Source: an uncultured Candidatus Saccharibacteria bacterium (GTDB taxonomy: Bacteria; Patescibacteriota; Minisyncoccia; Phycocordibacterales; UBA918). Taken from it: a stretch of 64,000 nucleotides of DNA. Numbering within the stretch: the stretch's first letter is position 1; every line of letters begins with the position of its first letter. A program made the position numbers and the translations under genes. Shown here in pieces: positions 8,552 to 18,203 of the stretch. The notes beneath the pieces were generated by a model. The model had not been told where the DNA came from, ran no database searches, and saw only the letters and a program-made list of their open reading frames with translations. The stretch is taken from assembly GCA_964350985.1 (NCBI GenBank), contig CAYGLK010000002.1, forward strand, positions 165,406 through 229,405, written 5' to 3'.

Positions 8552-9718
8552 TTACCCCACCAACTCAAAGTTTTCTTTGACCAAAATCTTTCCATTCACT
8601 TGGATCTCAAGCCTATGTTCTCCGGTATAAAGTGTTCGAGTACTCATCAGTCGAAGCGGGTGTTGTTTACTGAACATTATTTCTCCGTCTGGAACTAAGG
8701 TTTTATTCCCAAGATCAAATACTTTGGCCGCCAATTTCCCGTTTGCCTTTTTAAAATAAATTAGATAGCTAAGTTTTAAATTTTGTTTCTTCTTACTTAG
8801 CGACTTGAGCCCAAAACAAAAGTCTAGTTTCTCACCAATTTTTACCTGGGGTGTTAGAAGCTTAAATTGCTTCACTCCTACCTCAACTTCTCCAAACCCC
8901 AGCAATTTTAGCGCCTTCAAATTTCCCTGCTTAACCAAAGTCCGTAGCGAGTGTTTGATTATAAAATCAACTTCATCTTGATTTTGTTTTTTATCTTTTT
9001 TCCACTTGGTTAAAGTTTTTAACACTAAGTCTGGATAGATCTTGGACAGATCGTTTAGATGATTGGCGACTGAACGAGTAACATAGCGGCTTTTATCAGC
9101 ATGCAAAGTATCTAGAATTGGAAAGAGTAATTTTGGATCAATATTTATTTTTTTAGCCCAGGGAAGATTTGGTCTGGTTCCCTCGCTTGCTAGTCGGCGC
9201 ACGTGATAATTTTTGGACTTAGACCAGACAGCTACTGTAGCTAAAGTTTCTTTAGGAAAATTATTTAGAAAATCCCGCAAGGCACCTTCACAAGAAAATC
9301 TTTTAGTGATTTCTTCAAGTGCGTTTAAAGATACTTTCAAATGTTTTGCAGCACAACCATACTCGGCCACAAAATATGAATACGGCGCATAAATAAAATC
9401 ACCAAAGTCAGCGTCAGTTTTTGTAGGATCAAGTGGTGCTGGTAAAGCTAACAAAATAACCTCAACGGCCTCTTTATAGTCAGTCGGTAAATATTCACGC
9501 AGGCGATCCCTGATACCCATTATTCTCTGCATCAACTCTTGTTCGGGAAAATCTTTCAAAACCGCTTTTACAAAATCTTTTTCTTTGAACACTGGGTAAG
9601 CCTTCTTTATTTCTCTGGCTAACTTTTCTACTTTAACTTTATTAAAAAGCATGTCTTTTAGTAAGAAGATCTTTTCGGTTTGTCGGTGTTTAGTCATATT
9701 TGTATTTTCGCCTTTCAC
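8552..9718 (-). CDS. HEAT-repeat DNA alkylation repair enzyme-like protein (AlkD/COG4335-like)
   Basis: 388 aa; segment WSKSKNYHVRRLASEGTRPNLPWAKK resembles the DNA_alkylation family motif. Assignment by eye only. Confidence 0.45.
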   Translation of the reverse strand: MKGENTNMTKHRQTEKIFLLKDMLFNKVKVEKLAREIKKAYPVFKEKDFVKAVLKDFPEQELMQRIMGIRDRLREYLPTDYKEAVEVILLALPAPLDPTKTDADFGDFIYAPYSYFVAEYGCAAKHLKVSLNALEEITKRFSCEGALRDFLNNFPKETLATVAVWSKSKNYHVRRLASEGTRPNLPWAKKINIDPKLLFPILDTLHADKSRYVTRSVANHLNDLSKIYPDLVLKTLTKWKKDKKQNQDEVDFIIKHSLRTLVKQGNLKALKLLGFGEVEVGVKQFKLLTPQVKIGEKLDFCFGLKSLSKKKQNLKLSYLIYFKKANGKLAAKVFDLGNKTLVPDGEIMFSKQHPLRLMSTRTLYTGEHRLEIQVNGKILVKENFELVG

Positions 9719-9760
9719 AGAGAAATAGCAAGCCTAAAGTTATATTGATATAATGTCAGC

Positions 9761-10111
9761 ATGAATAAATATCACGGAAGTTGTCACTGCGGAAAAGTAG
9801 CCTACGATGTCGAAGCTGATTTTACAGAAGCAATGCGTTGTAACTGTAGTCATTGTAAACGTAAGGGGTTTTTATTAGCCTTTGTGCCTCTAGATAAATT
9901 TAATCTTGTTTCAGGTGAAGAAAATTTAACTACCTACCATTTCAATAAACACCATATTGATCATACTTTTTGTAAGACCTGTGGCACAGAGTCTTTCGCT
10001 AAGGGTCACGATGGGAATGGAAACCACATGGTGATGATCAACCTCAACTGTATTGAGGACTTTGATATCACCAATCTCAAAATCGGCGAGTACGACGGCG
10101 CTAGTGCTTAA
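9761..10111 (+). CDS. GFA family protein (glutathione-dependent formaldehyde-activating / CENP-V-like Zn domain)
   Basis: 116 aa; CHCG...CNCSHC...CKTCG cysteine pattern typical of the GFA domain. Confidence 0.65.
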   Translation: MNKYHGSCHCGKVAYDVEADFTEAMRCNCSHCKRKGFLLAFVPLDKFNLVSGEENLTTYHFNKHHIDHTFCKTCGTESFAKGHDGNGNHMVMINLNCIEDFDITNLKIGEYDGASA

Positions 10112-10124
10112 GTTTAGATAAAAA

Positions 10125-10168
10125 GAAAAGGCGAGGAAGAGTTGCTGTCGCAACCCTTCCTCGCCCAG
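10125..10168. terminator. Bidirectional terminator hairpin ggcgaggaagag...cttcctcgcc between convergent genes
   Basis: 10-bp perfect stem. Confidence 0.6.
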
Positions 10169-10188
10169 CGTCCTTCACAACGATCTCG

Positions 10189-11022
10189 TCAGACGGCAAC
10201 ACCTTCGTTCGTTTCAACCACTTCTAGTTCCTTCGGCTGGTCAGGCTTGCGCGTCAGCACCCAAAGGGTAAACATGGAGAGAAGCGGGACCCAAAAAGCA
10301 GTCAACGCCAAACTCGGTTGGTCCATGGCATGATACATGTTTACCAGAAAATATGGTGCGCATGCCAGGAACAAAATGGAAATTACAATACCAAATAGTC
10401 CAGCGAGCTCGTTCCATGGGGAGTCCTTATCACCTGGCCAGTTTTTGCTAAGTGAATAACTTCGATTGAAGATAGCTATGTACGTTATGAAGGAATAAAT
10501 CAACCCCGCCCAGATCAGATATATAATCATAAGTACCTTTTTATTGTATTGAACATAGCTGATTGAACCTTCGGGGTTTATCCACGCCGGAATCGGCTCT
10601 GATACAGCAGCTAGTCCAGCAATGCTTTGCATTTCCCATGGGTAAAGAGCAGGTGCAATATCGATTTCAAACCAAGAAGGAAGGTCATCTATCCAAGTAT
10701 GATTGGAAAGTAGATAAACTGTTCGTCCATCTATTGTGACTTCAATTGCACCTTCCATTGCACTTTTCTTGAGACGAGCTTTCTCTTGATTCAAACGATC
10801 TGCTTTCTTTTTTTTCTGGTCAAAGTACTCTTCCTGCTTCGCTAACTGCGCCTCGTTGAGGTTCGCCGAGTCGTACGGCGGGACAACCAACTCGTCGGGA
10901 ACCACAAATTTCGCTACCAGAAACAAAAGCACCAAGATGATGATTGTCCCCAAAAAGCGAACATTTGCTTCAAGTGTCTCCGGAGACGCTGGGTCTGCTT
11001 TCTCTTCTATTACCTGATTCAT
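10189..11022 (-). CDS. Hypothetical membrane protein
   Basis: 277 aa; several hydrophobic segments. Lies in a GC-rich block and converges on a hairpin terminator at 10130-10165. Confidence 0.45.
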   Translation of the reverse strand: MNQVIEEKADPASPETLEANVRFLGTIIILVLLFLVAKFVVPDELVVPPYDSANLNEAQLAKQEEYFDQKKKKADRLNQEKARLKKSAMEGAIEVTIDGRTVYLLSNHTWIDDLPSWFEIDIAPALYPWEMQSIAGLAAVSEPIPAWINPEGSISYVQYNKKVLMIIYLIWAGLIYSFITYIAIFNRSYSLSKNWPGDKDSPWNELAGLFGIVISILFLACAPYFLVNMYHAMDQPSLALTAFWVPLLSMFTLWVLTRKPDQPKELEVVETNEGVAV

Positions 11023-11219
11023 GCTTCTCTCCCATTGATTGTGACAGAACGACGAGCGCTTTACTCGTTAAATTGAACGATACAACTTTATAACAATGGT
11101 GTCAATTCAGCCTCGACAGATTTTGTCCGTCTGTTTTATTGACACTACAAATGGCCGTAGTACTGTATTTATATTACCTGCTCTTACCCTTCTGTTCTTT
11201 TCCATACTAGGAGACTCCG

Positions 11220-11552
11220 ATGAAAATCAAAATGGGTCGCCACAGACTCTGGAAGGTTTTTGACAAGGCTGTCACAATCTATTTTTTTGTGGCACTGCTG
11301 CTATCACCCCTTCTGGTAGCCTCATGTGTCACCTTGGTACAGGGCGACTACTTGCCGTGGTACAAGCACCTCACTCTGGCATTCTATATGCCACAAGGAG
11401 TCTGGCTGGCACTAACGGCCTACCTGATAATTCCAACCGAAGAAGATTGGAACTCAAGCTTTAGGAGAGGTCTCAGCCTTGCGTTGGCTCTTACGATCTC
11501 CGTTTTTGGTCTAAGCAATCTGCTGCTGGCGATCATGGAATTCATCAGTTAG
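11220..11552 (+). CDS. Hypothetical small membrane protein
   Basis: 110 aa, 3 predicted TM segments. Followed by hairpin/T-run near 11578-11612. Confidence 0.4.
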   Translation: MKIKMGRHRLWKVFDKAVTIYFFVALLLSPLLVASCVTLVQGDYLPWYKHLTLAFYMPQGVWLALTAYLIIPTEEDWNSSFRRGLSLALALTISVFGLSNLLLAIMEFIS

Positions 11553-11680
11553 TTGGAGGAGGGAGAAACTGAGGCCGGGTGTGCATGCACGTCCGGTTTT
11601 TCTTATGTTTATAATTTGAAATCTAAAAGTAATTCCTCATGAAGAGAAATTTTTTAAAAGTTTAATGCTAAACTTTAAGG

Positions 11681-12520
11681 ATGAATTACGTGCGTGTTCT
11701 TTATCTCGCTCTTATCGCTTATGTTGCCACTCTCTTTGGTGACGCGGGAGACATTGGCATCACTGGTTTTTTAATCCCTAGTATCTTGATGGGGATCGGA
11801 GTCGGGATAGATGTTTTTATCGCTACCCTAGTAAAGTATCGCGACACTAACATGTCTTGGAAAAACTGGACTATACCAGTAGTTATCACTCACATTACTT
11901 TTCCAGCCTTTGGGTATTTTATGTTTTGGTCGCTCTCGACCTCTGTTCCAGTAGCTCAGTTTACTCTAGGAATTATTGGGTTTGTCTTGGTGACATTATT
12001 CATCTATGAAGTCATTTGTGAATCAGCTGGCTTAAAACCAATCTTTGGAATTTCTTCTTGGATCGGTTCTTTCTTTGGTTTTAGAGAAAACGACTCTCGA
12101 CTATTTATTACTGTCCTTGTTGTTAGTTGGGACGCTCTCTGGAGTGGACCAGCCAAAGCTGCTCAAGCAAGTGCTGGAGCGTGGTCAAATTTTGAGGTCG
12201 GGCTTTCATTTGCTATTGCTGGACTGGTAGTAGCTATAGTTGCTGAAGTTGCTCTATTTTTAGCTCACTACCTGCGAACCAAAAATTTCAAAAACCCTAT
12301 CTCAATGTCACGTTTTAATATTGTTGGAAAATATATTGAGTTATCAGTTATTGGTGGCTTTGGAGTTCTCTCTCTTTGGAATAGTTTCTCTAACGAAGCC
12401 AACTTATATCAATCAATCATCATCTCTAGTCTAATACTTCTTATTATTTTTATAATCATCCTCCAACCACTCTGGAATAGACAAATCAAAGAAGCCAGAA
12501 CGGCACTCAAATCTAAATAA
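11681..12520 (+). CDS. Multi-pass membrane protein, possibly DUF204/MntP-like
   Basis: 279 aa; two repeats carrying a conserved Asp in TM context (GIGVGIDVFIATL, VVSWDALWSG), reminiscent of MntP/YtaF. Paralogous to the next gene. Confidence 0.35.
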   Translation: MNYVRVLYLALIAYVATLFGDAGDIGITGFLIPSILMGIGVGIDVFIATLVKYRDTNMSWKNWTIPVVITHITFPAFGYFMFWSLSTSVPVAQFTLGIIGFVLVTLFIYEVICESAGLKPIFGISSWIGSFFGFRENDSRLFITVLVVSWDALWSGPAKAAQASAGAWSNFEVGLSFAIAGLVVAIVAEVALFLAHYLRTKNFKNPISMSRFNIVGKYIELSVIGGFGVLSLWNSFSNEANLYQSIIISSLILLIIFIIILQPLWNRQIKEARTALKSK

Positions 12521-12739
12521 AACCCTTATTCACAAGCTTGACTTATAGTCAAGCTTGTGCTACTGTCTCGAAGCAAATCGAAATTGCTGTACATCTTGTT
12601 CTTCGAAAACTAAGTAGAGGAACCATAACCGCGGGAGTTACAAACCATGAAGATTTGGAAGACCGCCTGCACGGCACTTGCCGTGTCCTGGGACGAGCTT
12701 TTGCTCTCCCTCAACATCCGCACAACCGAGGGGTAAGTC

Positions 12740-13603
12740 ATGAATCTCATCGATGTTTTGTCCATCATTGGACTCGCCATCGCTGTGGGTGTTGGTGTCT
12801 CGATGGACGTCAGCGGCTACAACATCTCGATGGCGGGGAACAGGGAATACTCTGAAGCTCCAATCAGACGCTCCCTGTTTCACGCCTTCTGGCACGGCCT
12901 GTTCCTTTCTCTTGGAATTGGTCTGATTACAGCTGTTGGAGCCATCTTCGAGCACCTGCTGATCAAGTACAACCTCGGCTGGATTTTCGAGTGGATTTCC
13001 AACATCCTTGCTTGGCTTCATCCAAGCCAAGTCGTGGTTTGGATTCTGGCCATTGTGGGCATCGGGCTTTGGACCAAGCTCTATTATGACAAGCTCCGCG
13101 GCGAAGGCGGTGACGAACACGTCCCAGGATGGCTGAAGTGGTTTCTGACCCTCTTCAAAGTTCCCATCACTCAAATGATGTTCGTTCTCGTCGCCGTCGA
13201 CATGTGGTTTCTGACACCACTGATCAAGGCCTTGATCGAGATGTACACCATCGCTGGGAAGGCCATGTTTGTTGCGTTCGTATTCGCAACTGTGTTCACT
13301 TGCAGCATGATATCGATCAAGTACGGGCAGCGATTCCTCAAGAGCGGGAACGTGAAGGCGTTGTTTTTCTGGTTGGTGGCGCTCGTGTTTATTGAGCCGC
13401 TGATTACCGGTTACTTCGGCGGGCGTACAGCCTACTGGGCACTTACCGGAACCTGGGACAACAACGTATCTCTCATTCTTTTCTCGGCGGTGATTGTGAT
13501 GATCTTGTCAATTGGCAAGTTCGCAGGGATCGTCGAGGACAAGTGGGACGAAGCCAACGAAGCAGTCCACGGAAAACCGCAGGAACCTGAAGCGGCAGCG
13601 TAG
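12740..13603 (+). CDS. Multi-pass membrane protein, paralog of 11681..12520 (DUF204/MntP-like?)
   Basis: 287 aa; VGVGVSMDVSGYNIS and VAVDMWFLTP motifs at equivalent positions. GC-rich; followed by terminator 13627-13660. Confidence 0.4.
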   Translation: MNLIDVLSIIGLAIAVGVGVSMDVSGYNISMAGNREYSEAPIRRSLFHAFWHGLFLSLGIGLITAVGAIFEHLLIKYNLGWIFEWISNILAWLHPSQVVVWILAIVGIGLWTKLYYDKLRGEGGDEHVPGWLKWFLTLFKVPITQMMFVLVAVDMWFLTPLIKALIEMYTIAGKAMFVAFVFATVFTCSMISIKYGQRFLKSGNVKALFFWLVALVFIEPLITGYFGGRTAYWALTGTWDNNVSLILFSAVIVMILSIGKFAGIVEDKWDEANEAVHGKPQEPEAAA

Positions 13604-13626
13604 AACATCGCTGCAGAAGAACTGAG

Positions 13627-13790
13627 CACCCCCCGGCCAATGCGGCTGGGGGGATTTTGTATTGAAATATTAAGAGTTTTGGAGTGAAGAAAAAAGCGCG
13701 ACCGTAGGTCGCGCTTTTTCTTTATATCTTTTTCAGCTTTACCAAAAAATAAAACCTTTCAGTTAACTGAAAGGTTTTATTTTCGACTTC
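13627..13790. terminator. Cluster of three intrinsic terminator hairpins (13629-13653; 13690-13720; 13751-13778) in one 165-bp convergent spacer
   Basis: Three independent GC stems, each with a T-run on at least one strand. Confidence 0.6.
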
Positions 13791-13796
13791 TTGTAC

Positions 13797-15284
13797 TTAT
13801 TTAGACTTTTTAGCGAGATCCAAAGTCTCGTCAATGCGGATTTGTTCCACAAAGTCTGCCACGTGAGAAACCAAAATCATCGCGCCTTTATAATCATGTA
13901 AAGCTTGAGCAATCACTGGAATGTGACGGAAGTTAATGTGGTTGGTTGGCTCGTCTAAAATCAACAGCCCTGGTTTTTCCATTGTTAGTTTTGCAAAAGC
14001 GACTAAACCTTTTTGTCCTTCAGAGAGGTTACCTACTTTAGTCTTCATCACGTCACCGAAAAGCAGGAAGCCGGCAGCAATAGAGCGCATCTCCTCCTCC
14101 AACTTTCTTTGCATTGAGTCCATCAACGTTTCAAACACTGTTTTATCAAAATCTAAGTTAGAGAAGTCTTGGCGGTAGTAACCGATCTTTACTCCTGGAG
14201 CAATATGCTCCCCTTCTGCATGACCTGAAGCTAGTCGTTCAAGCAAGGTTGTCTTACCAATTCCATTTGGACCAACAATACGCAAGTGTGTACCTCGTTT
14301 CAAAACCAAGTCACACTCCACCTCTTTTGGTTCGTGGTTTTTTATCACTTGGTACGAAGTAAGTTTTACCACTTCAAGTGGTACGTCTCCATGCGGTTCA
14401 ATCGTAAATGGCCGGATAGTTTTATCTTCACGACGGACATCAACCTTGTTTTCTTCTGCTTCTTCTACTTCGTCACGCATTCGCTTGGCTACCAAACGCA
14501 TCTTTCCTCCCTTGTTGGAAAAGTAGTTAATCTTGTCTTTGTTGGCTTGGATCTCTTTAGCTAATCTAGCGTTTTCCCGTTGCTCCTTTTCTACTTGAGC
14601 GGCAATATCTTTTACCACAGCGTGATAGTTACCGTTATATTGTTCTACCTGACGTCGTTGCGTATTGAGATAAAGTACTCCTTGAGTAAATGAGTTCAAA
14701 AAGTCTGAATCGTGAGAAATAACCAAAACTGTCTTATTGTATTCCTTAAGGAAAGTGGTCAGGTGCTCAATACCAGCCACATCAAGATTGTTGGTTGGCT
14801 CATCAAGGAGTAGGACGTCTGGCTTTTGAATCAAAGCCTGGGCTAGAAGCAGACGCGCTTGTTGCCCTCCAGAAAAACTACCGATGATTCGATCTTTGAA
14901 AGTCTCGCGCTGCTTTTCAGTTGGAGTAAGGTTTACTACTTCCAAGACATCCTCAATCTTTGGGTCAATATCATAAATCTTCTCTTCAAAACATTTTTCG
15001 AAAAATTCTCGGACTGTTAGTTTTAGTTCTGGACGAGGAATGATCTGGCGAGCGATCGCGATAGTAGTCCGCGGTTCAATATTAATATCTCCATCATCAG
15101 CATGACGGTCTCTAGTAATAAGAGAAAAGATTGTACTTTTACCAGCGCCGTTTTGCCCCATCAGAGTCAGTTTGGCGCCACGACGCACTACAAAGTTGGC
15201 CTCTTTTAAGATTGGCCTAGTTGCGTCGTACTCGTACGAAACATTTTTAAAAACAATAATTCCATCGCTGCGTGACATAGGCAA
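13797..15284 (-). CDS. ABC-F family ATPase (tandem ABC domains, no TMD)
   Basis: 495 aa; two Walker A motifs (GQNGAGKST, GPNGIGKTT) and two signature motifs (LSGGQQARL, LSEGQKGLV). Confidence 0.85.
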   Translation of the reverse strand: MPMSRSDGIIVFKNVSYEYDATRPILKEANFVVRRGAKLTLMGQNGAGKSTIFSLITRDRHADDGDINIEPRTTIAIARQIIPRPELKLTVREFFEKCFEEKIYDIDPKIEDVLEVVNLTPTEKQRETFKDRIIGSFSGGQQARLLLAQALIQKPDVLLLDEPTNNLDVAGIEHLTTFLKEYNKTVLVISHDSDFLNSFTQGVLYLNTQRRQVEQYNGNYHAVVKDIAAQVEKEQRENARLAKEIQANKDKINYFSNKGGKMRLVAKRMRDEVEEAEENKVDVRREDKTIRPFTIEPHGDVPLEVVKLTSYQVIKNHEPKEVECDLVLKRGTHLRIVGPNGIGKTTLLERLASGHAEGEHIAPGVKIGYYRQDFSNLDFDKTVFETLMDSMQRKLEEEMRSIAAGFLLFGDVMKTKVGNLSEGQKGLVAFAKLTMEKPGLLILDEPTNHINFRHIPVIAQALHDYKGAMILVSHVADFVEQIRIDETLDLAKKSK

Positions 15285-15339
15285 CTACCATACACTATTT
15301 TTAAGTGAGATGTAAGTCTAAAGCTCAAATAGAGGTAAC

Positions 15340-15639
15340 TTAATCCTCAACATGCTTACCCCACTGCCACTTTGGTTTTTCTCCCTTCCAATACGAAATA
15401 AAGATCAGAATGAGAGTTAGCAATATAATTGGCGCAAAAAAATCTTTTTTTATTTCAGACAGGCTCATTTCTTCATTTAATTTTGAAGCGAAGTACACAA
15501 CCCCGATCAGATATCCAAATACTACCAACCACCCCTGGTAACGCGCCGGAGTCCAGCCCCAACCATACAGCTTTCTCTTAAACCAATAGCCTTTCGGATT
15601 ATCTTTTAGGTACTGAGCGTAGTCTCTAATGATTTTCAT
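15340..15639 (-). CDS. Hypothetical small membrane protein
   Basis: 99 aa, two hydrophobic segments. Confidence 0.4.
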   Translation of the reverse strand: MKIIRDYAQYLKDNPKGYWFKRKLYGWGWTPARYQGWLVVFGYLIGVVYFASKLNEEMSLSEIKKDFFAPIILLTLILIFISYWKGEKPKWQWGKHVED

Positions 15640-15713
15640 ATAATTTATTATGCGCTTAGTTAATAAAAATTCAAGTATTATAAAAAATAGCAGTCATAAA
15701 TGACTGCTATTTT

Positions 15714-15782
15714 TTATTTCTTTTCACCCTTGTCTTTCTTTGGCTTCTTCTTTTCTTTACGCATGTCCTGACCCTTAGCCAT
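15714..15782 (-). CDS. Possible 22-aa lysine-rich peptide MAKGQDMRKEKKKPKKDKGEKK
   Basis: ATG at 15780-15782 (minus), TAA stop at 15714-15716. Immediately followed on the minus strand by a perfect hairpin (15682-15710) plus T-run. Not in the ORF track (<60 aa). Confidence 0.25.
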   Translation of the reverse strand: MAKGQDMRKEKKKPKKDKGEKK

Positions 15783-15842
15783 AATGCTTTTGTCTTATGT
15801 AATAAAAACCAATATCTATATTATAGCAAAGCTCTATAATTA

Positions 15843-16430
15843 TTAGTTGAAGAGGATGGGTATTTCTAGGGCGTCGTCATTTTCTGGCAAACCGGATGGG
15901 TTATCCTTGTGTAGAATCAAAGTTCCCCTTTTCATGAACTCAGGATCCCCTTCATTATATGGAGAAACAAATTCTAGCTGAGTGCTAAAAGGTACAAATT
16001 CCTCAGTCATCCAATCTCCGGCCGCAGTTGCAAAGCCTTCAGCAATAATTAGCCCATCCCAGTTAGTAAGTACTATCGGGAAGCTAGCTTCGAAGTACCA
16101 GTAACCGCGAGCCTGTCCGCTAATAGTTTGCGGGGATTCAATTTTTCCGTTCGGGACTGGAGTATCTAATCTAATTAGATCACTTTTAGAATCAATGTGT
16201 GCTTGTATATCAGCCTCTACTTCTGGTAAAGCTGGGCAGACAAATTCACAATTTGGACCAGTACGTCCCACATAAGATCCATCCGGACACATCATCGCGT
16301 CCATTGTACAAGCGACAGCATCGTCCTCGGACGGCAGAGGTCCAACCACTTCAGTTCTAGGTGAAATAAAAAACTGCAGCAAAGCGAGCACCACTGCTAA
16401 ACCAATCAAAATATATATTGCTTTTATCAT
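15843..16430 (-). CDS. Secreted protein with Gmad2-like immunoglobulin-like domain
   Basis: 195 aa; N-terminal signal/TM, Cys-rich linker, C-terminal GYWYFEASFPIVLTNWDGLIIAEGFATA...EFVPFSTQLEF resembles the Gmad2 domain. Confidence 0.35.
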   Translation of the reverse strand: MIKAIYILIGLAVVLALLQFFISPRTEVVGPLPSEDDAVACTMDAMMCPDGSYVGRTGPNCEFVCPALPEVEADIQAHIDSKSDLIRLDTPVPNGKIESPQTISGQARGYWYFEASFPIVLTNWDGLIIAEGFATAAGDWMTEEFVPFSTQLEFVSPYNEGDPEFMKRGTLILHKDNPSGLPENDDALEIPILFN

Positions 16431-16673
16431 ATTAAATATTATAGCAAACTAGCCTAATAAAAGAGACAGAAATCTCTTTGTCGAAACCGTCGCTCCAGCA
16501 AAATCTTCATAGACGACTATCTACGCGTTCCCTAAGGAGCTTGGTTTTTCAATATTTCTAAGAGATTTTAGCTATTTCACAGCTATTATTTGACCGTAAA
16601 ATTTTAATATGTTTAGATGCCTGTTGGTTAGCTCTTTATGTGACCTGTTTCATCAACTTCCCCTTTTGCTTTT

Positions 16674-17246
16674 TTGGAGTGTCGCGTGTCAGAAGATACG
16701 GCTGCAACAATTCATCCCAAATCACTTTCAGGAGTAACGTCTGCTTGGGCAGGCCTGGTCTGGATATGCGTGGTGATAGCAATCATCGCGTTACATATCT
16801 ACATTGCAAATGATGTCACTCTTTTACTAGCAGGTACTTTGATCTTGGTATTTTCTGGTATCCTCGTAGTCTCAGCACTCACCAGTAAGCTGAACTCCAG
16901 TCAGCTGGAAGGCTGCATTGAGTACTTGACTCATCTTTCGATGGCACAAGGACTAGTGATCAATCACCTGTCTGACTTGCCAAGCGAAGAAGAGTTGGCT
17001 AAAGCCTTAAAGCCCCTGATCATCTGCTTCCACCTTTTCACAAATCCGAGCTTGCTCAAGAGACATGTTTCTCTGCAGAACAAGGTAATCAGGGATATCA
17101 TCTATTGGGAACTTCACCAAATGCGGGAGGAGGCAGAAGAGGTTTATAACAACCCCAAAAAGGATGAGTCGACAAGGATAACGGCCGGCGACAAGATCTA
17201 CAATCTCAATAAACTGATGGAGGTTCTCTCTCCGACGGTGAAGTGA
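16674..17246 (+). CDS. Hypothetical membrane protein
   Basis: 190 aa ORF with two TM segments, moderately GC-rich. Start uncertain. Followed by terminator 17268-17302. Confidence 0.35.
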   Translation: MECRVSEDTAATIHPKSLSGVTSAWAGLVWICVVIAIIALHIYIANDVTLLLAGTLILVFSGILVVSALTSKLNSSQLEGCIEYLTHLSMAQGLVINHLSDLPSEEELAKALKPLIICFHLFTNPSLLKRHVSLQNKVIRDIIYWELHQMREEAEEVYNNPKKDESTRITAGDKIYNLNKLMEVLSPTVK

Positions 17247-17267
17247 GGCCAGCAGTCGTCGCCGATT

Positions 17268-17302
17268 AAGTTCGCGCCCCCAGGGCGCGAATATTTTTAT
17301 AT
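17268..17302 (+). terminator. Intrinsic terminator ttcgcgcccccagggcgcgaa + T-run
   Basis: Read directly. Confidence 0.65.
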
Positions 17303-17468
17303 TAAAAATAGAAAAGACCCGAGTGGGACACTAGTCAAGTAAATTTTAAATAACATTTGTAGTGACTGAGATTTTCTAAACGAGACAAAGCAAAAGGCCG
17401 GAAAATTTGTGAGCTGTACTAATTAAATAGGTAAATTTTATTTTGAAATGAAGTACGAGGCGAATAAC

Positions 17469-17513
17469 AAAAAAGCCGCGAGGCGTACTGAACGTACGAC
17501 GAGCGGCTTTTTC
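17469..17513 (-). terminator. Intrinsic terminator downstream of rpsG (gccgcgaggcgtac...gtacgacgagcggc + T-run on minus)
   Basis: Read directly. Confidence 0.6.
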
Positions 17514-17548
17514 TGTGTATTCAACGAAGTAATTCGTTCAAAATAGGT

Positions 17549-18019
17549 TTACCAAGCGAAGTGGGCAAAGGCTCGGTTAGCCTCAGCCATCTTGTGAGTA
17601 TCTTCCTTCTTCTTCACTGCATTTCCTTCTTCCTTAGCAGCTAGCTTAAGTTCTTGAGCTAGAGCTTTGTGCATTGGCACGCCTTTTTGATTTCGTGCTC
17701 CAGCAATGATCCATCGTAGGGCCAAAGCCATTCGGCGCTCTGGTCTCACTTCTCGTGGAACCTGGTAGTTTGCTCCACCAACTCGACGTGAACGCACTTC
17801 CATCATTGGACCAGCGTTTCGGAGAGCAGTGTTGAATACTTCCAAAGGATCACCTCCTTCTTTATCATTCTTGATTTCTTCAAATGCACCGTAGACAATC
17901 TTGCGCGCAGTTTCTTTTTGACCACGAAGCATGATGTAGTTGATCAGTCGTTCTACTTCGACAGACTGATGAACAATATCAGGATTTACTACAGGACGTT
18001 TTTTAATTGGACGTCGCAT
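17549..18019 (-). CDS. rpsG: 30S ribosomal protein S7
   Basis: 156 aa; [14 protein letters not shown]...GANYQVP... typical uS7. Confidence 0.95.
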   Translation of the reverse strand: MRRPIKKRPVVNPDIVHQSVEVERLINYIMLRGQKETARKIVYGAFEEIKNDKEGGDPLEVFNTALRNAGPMMEVRSRRVGGANYQVPREVRPERRMALALRWIIAGARNQKGVPMHKALAQELKLAAKEEGNAVKKKEDTHKMAEANRAFAHFAW

Positions 18020-18203
18020 AAATTTTAAATTAATTGATTCTTAAGGGTCTTGCTACGACATTAAGAATGAGGAGTGTGTATGACATTCTCATTCTTCGCA
18101 TAATTTGATTCCGAAGCTTTTTAGGCTTGAATCGCATCCGTTATCTGTAGCGAATATAAACTATTTGTAATTGCTCTTACTTCAAGTAGCAGGTAACCCT
18201 GGA

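Noticed and set aside
12638-13174. 178-aa minus-strand ORF
   Set aside because: Antisense to the better-supported membrane protein gene 12740..13603 in a GC-rich region where spurious long ORFs are expected.
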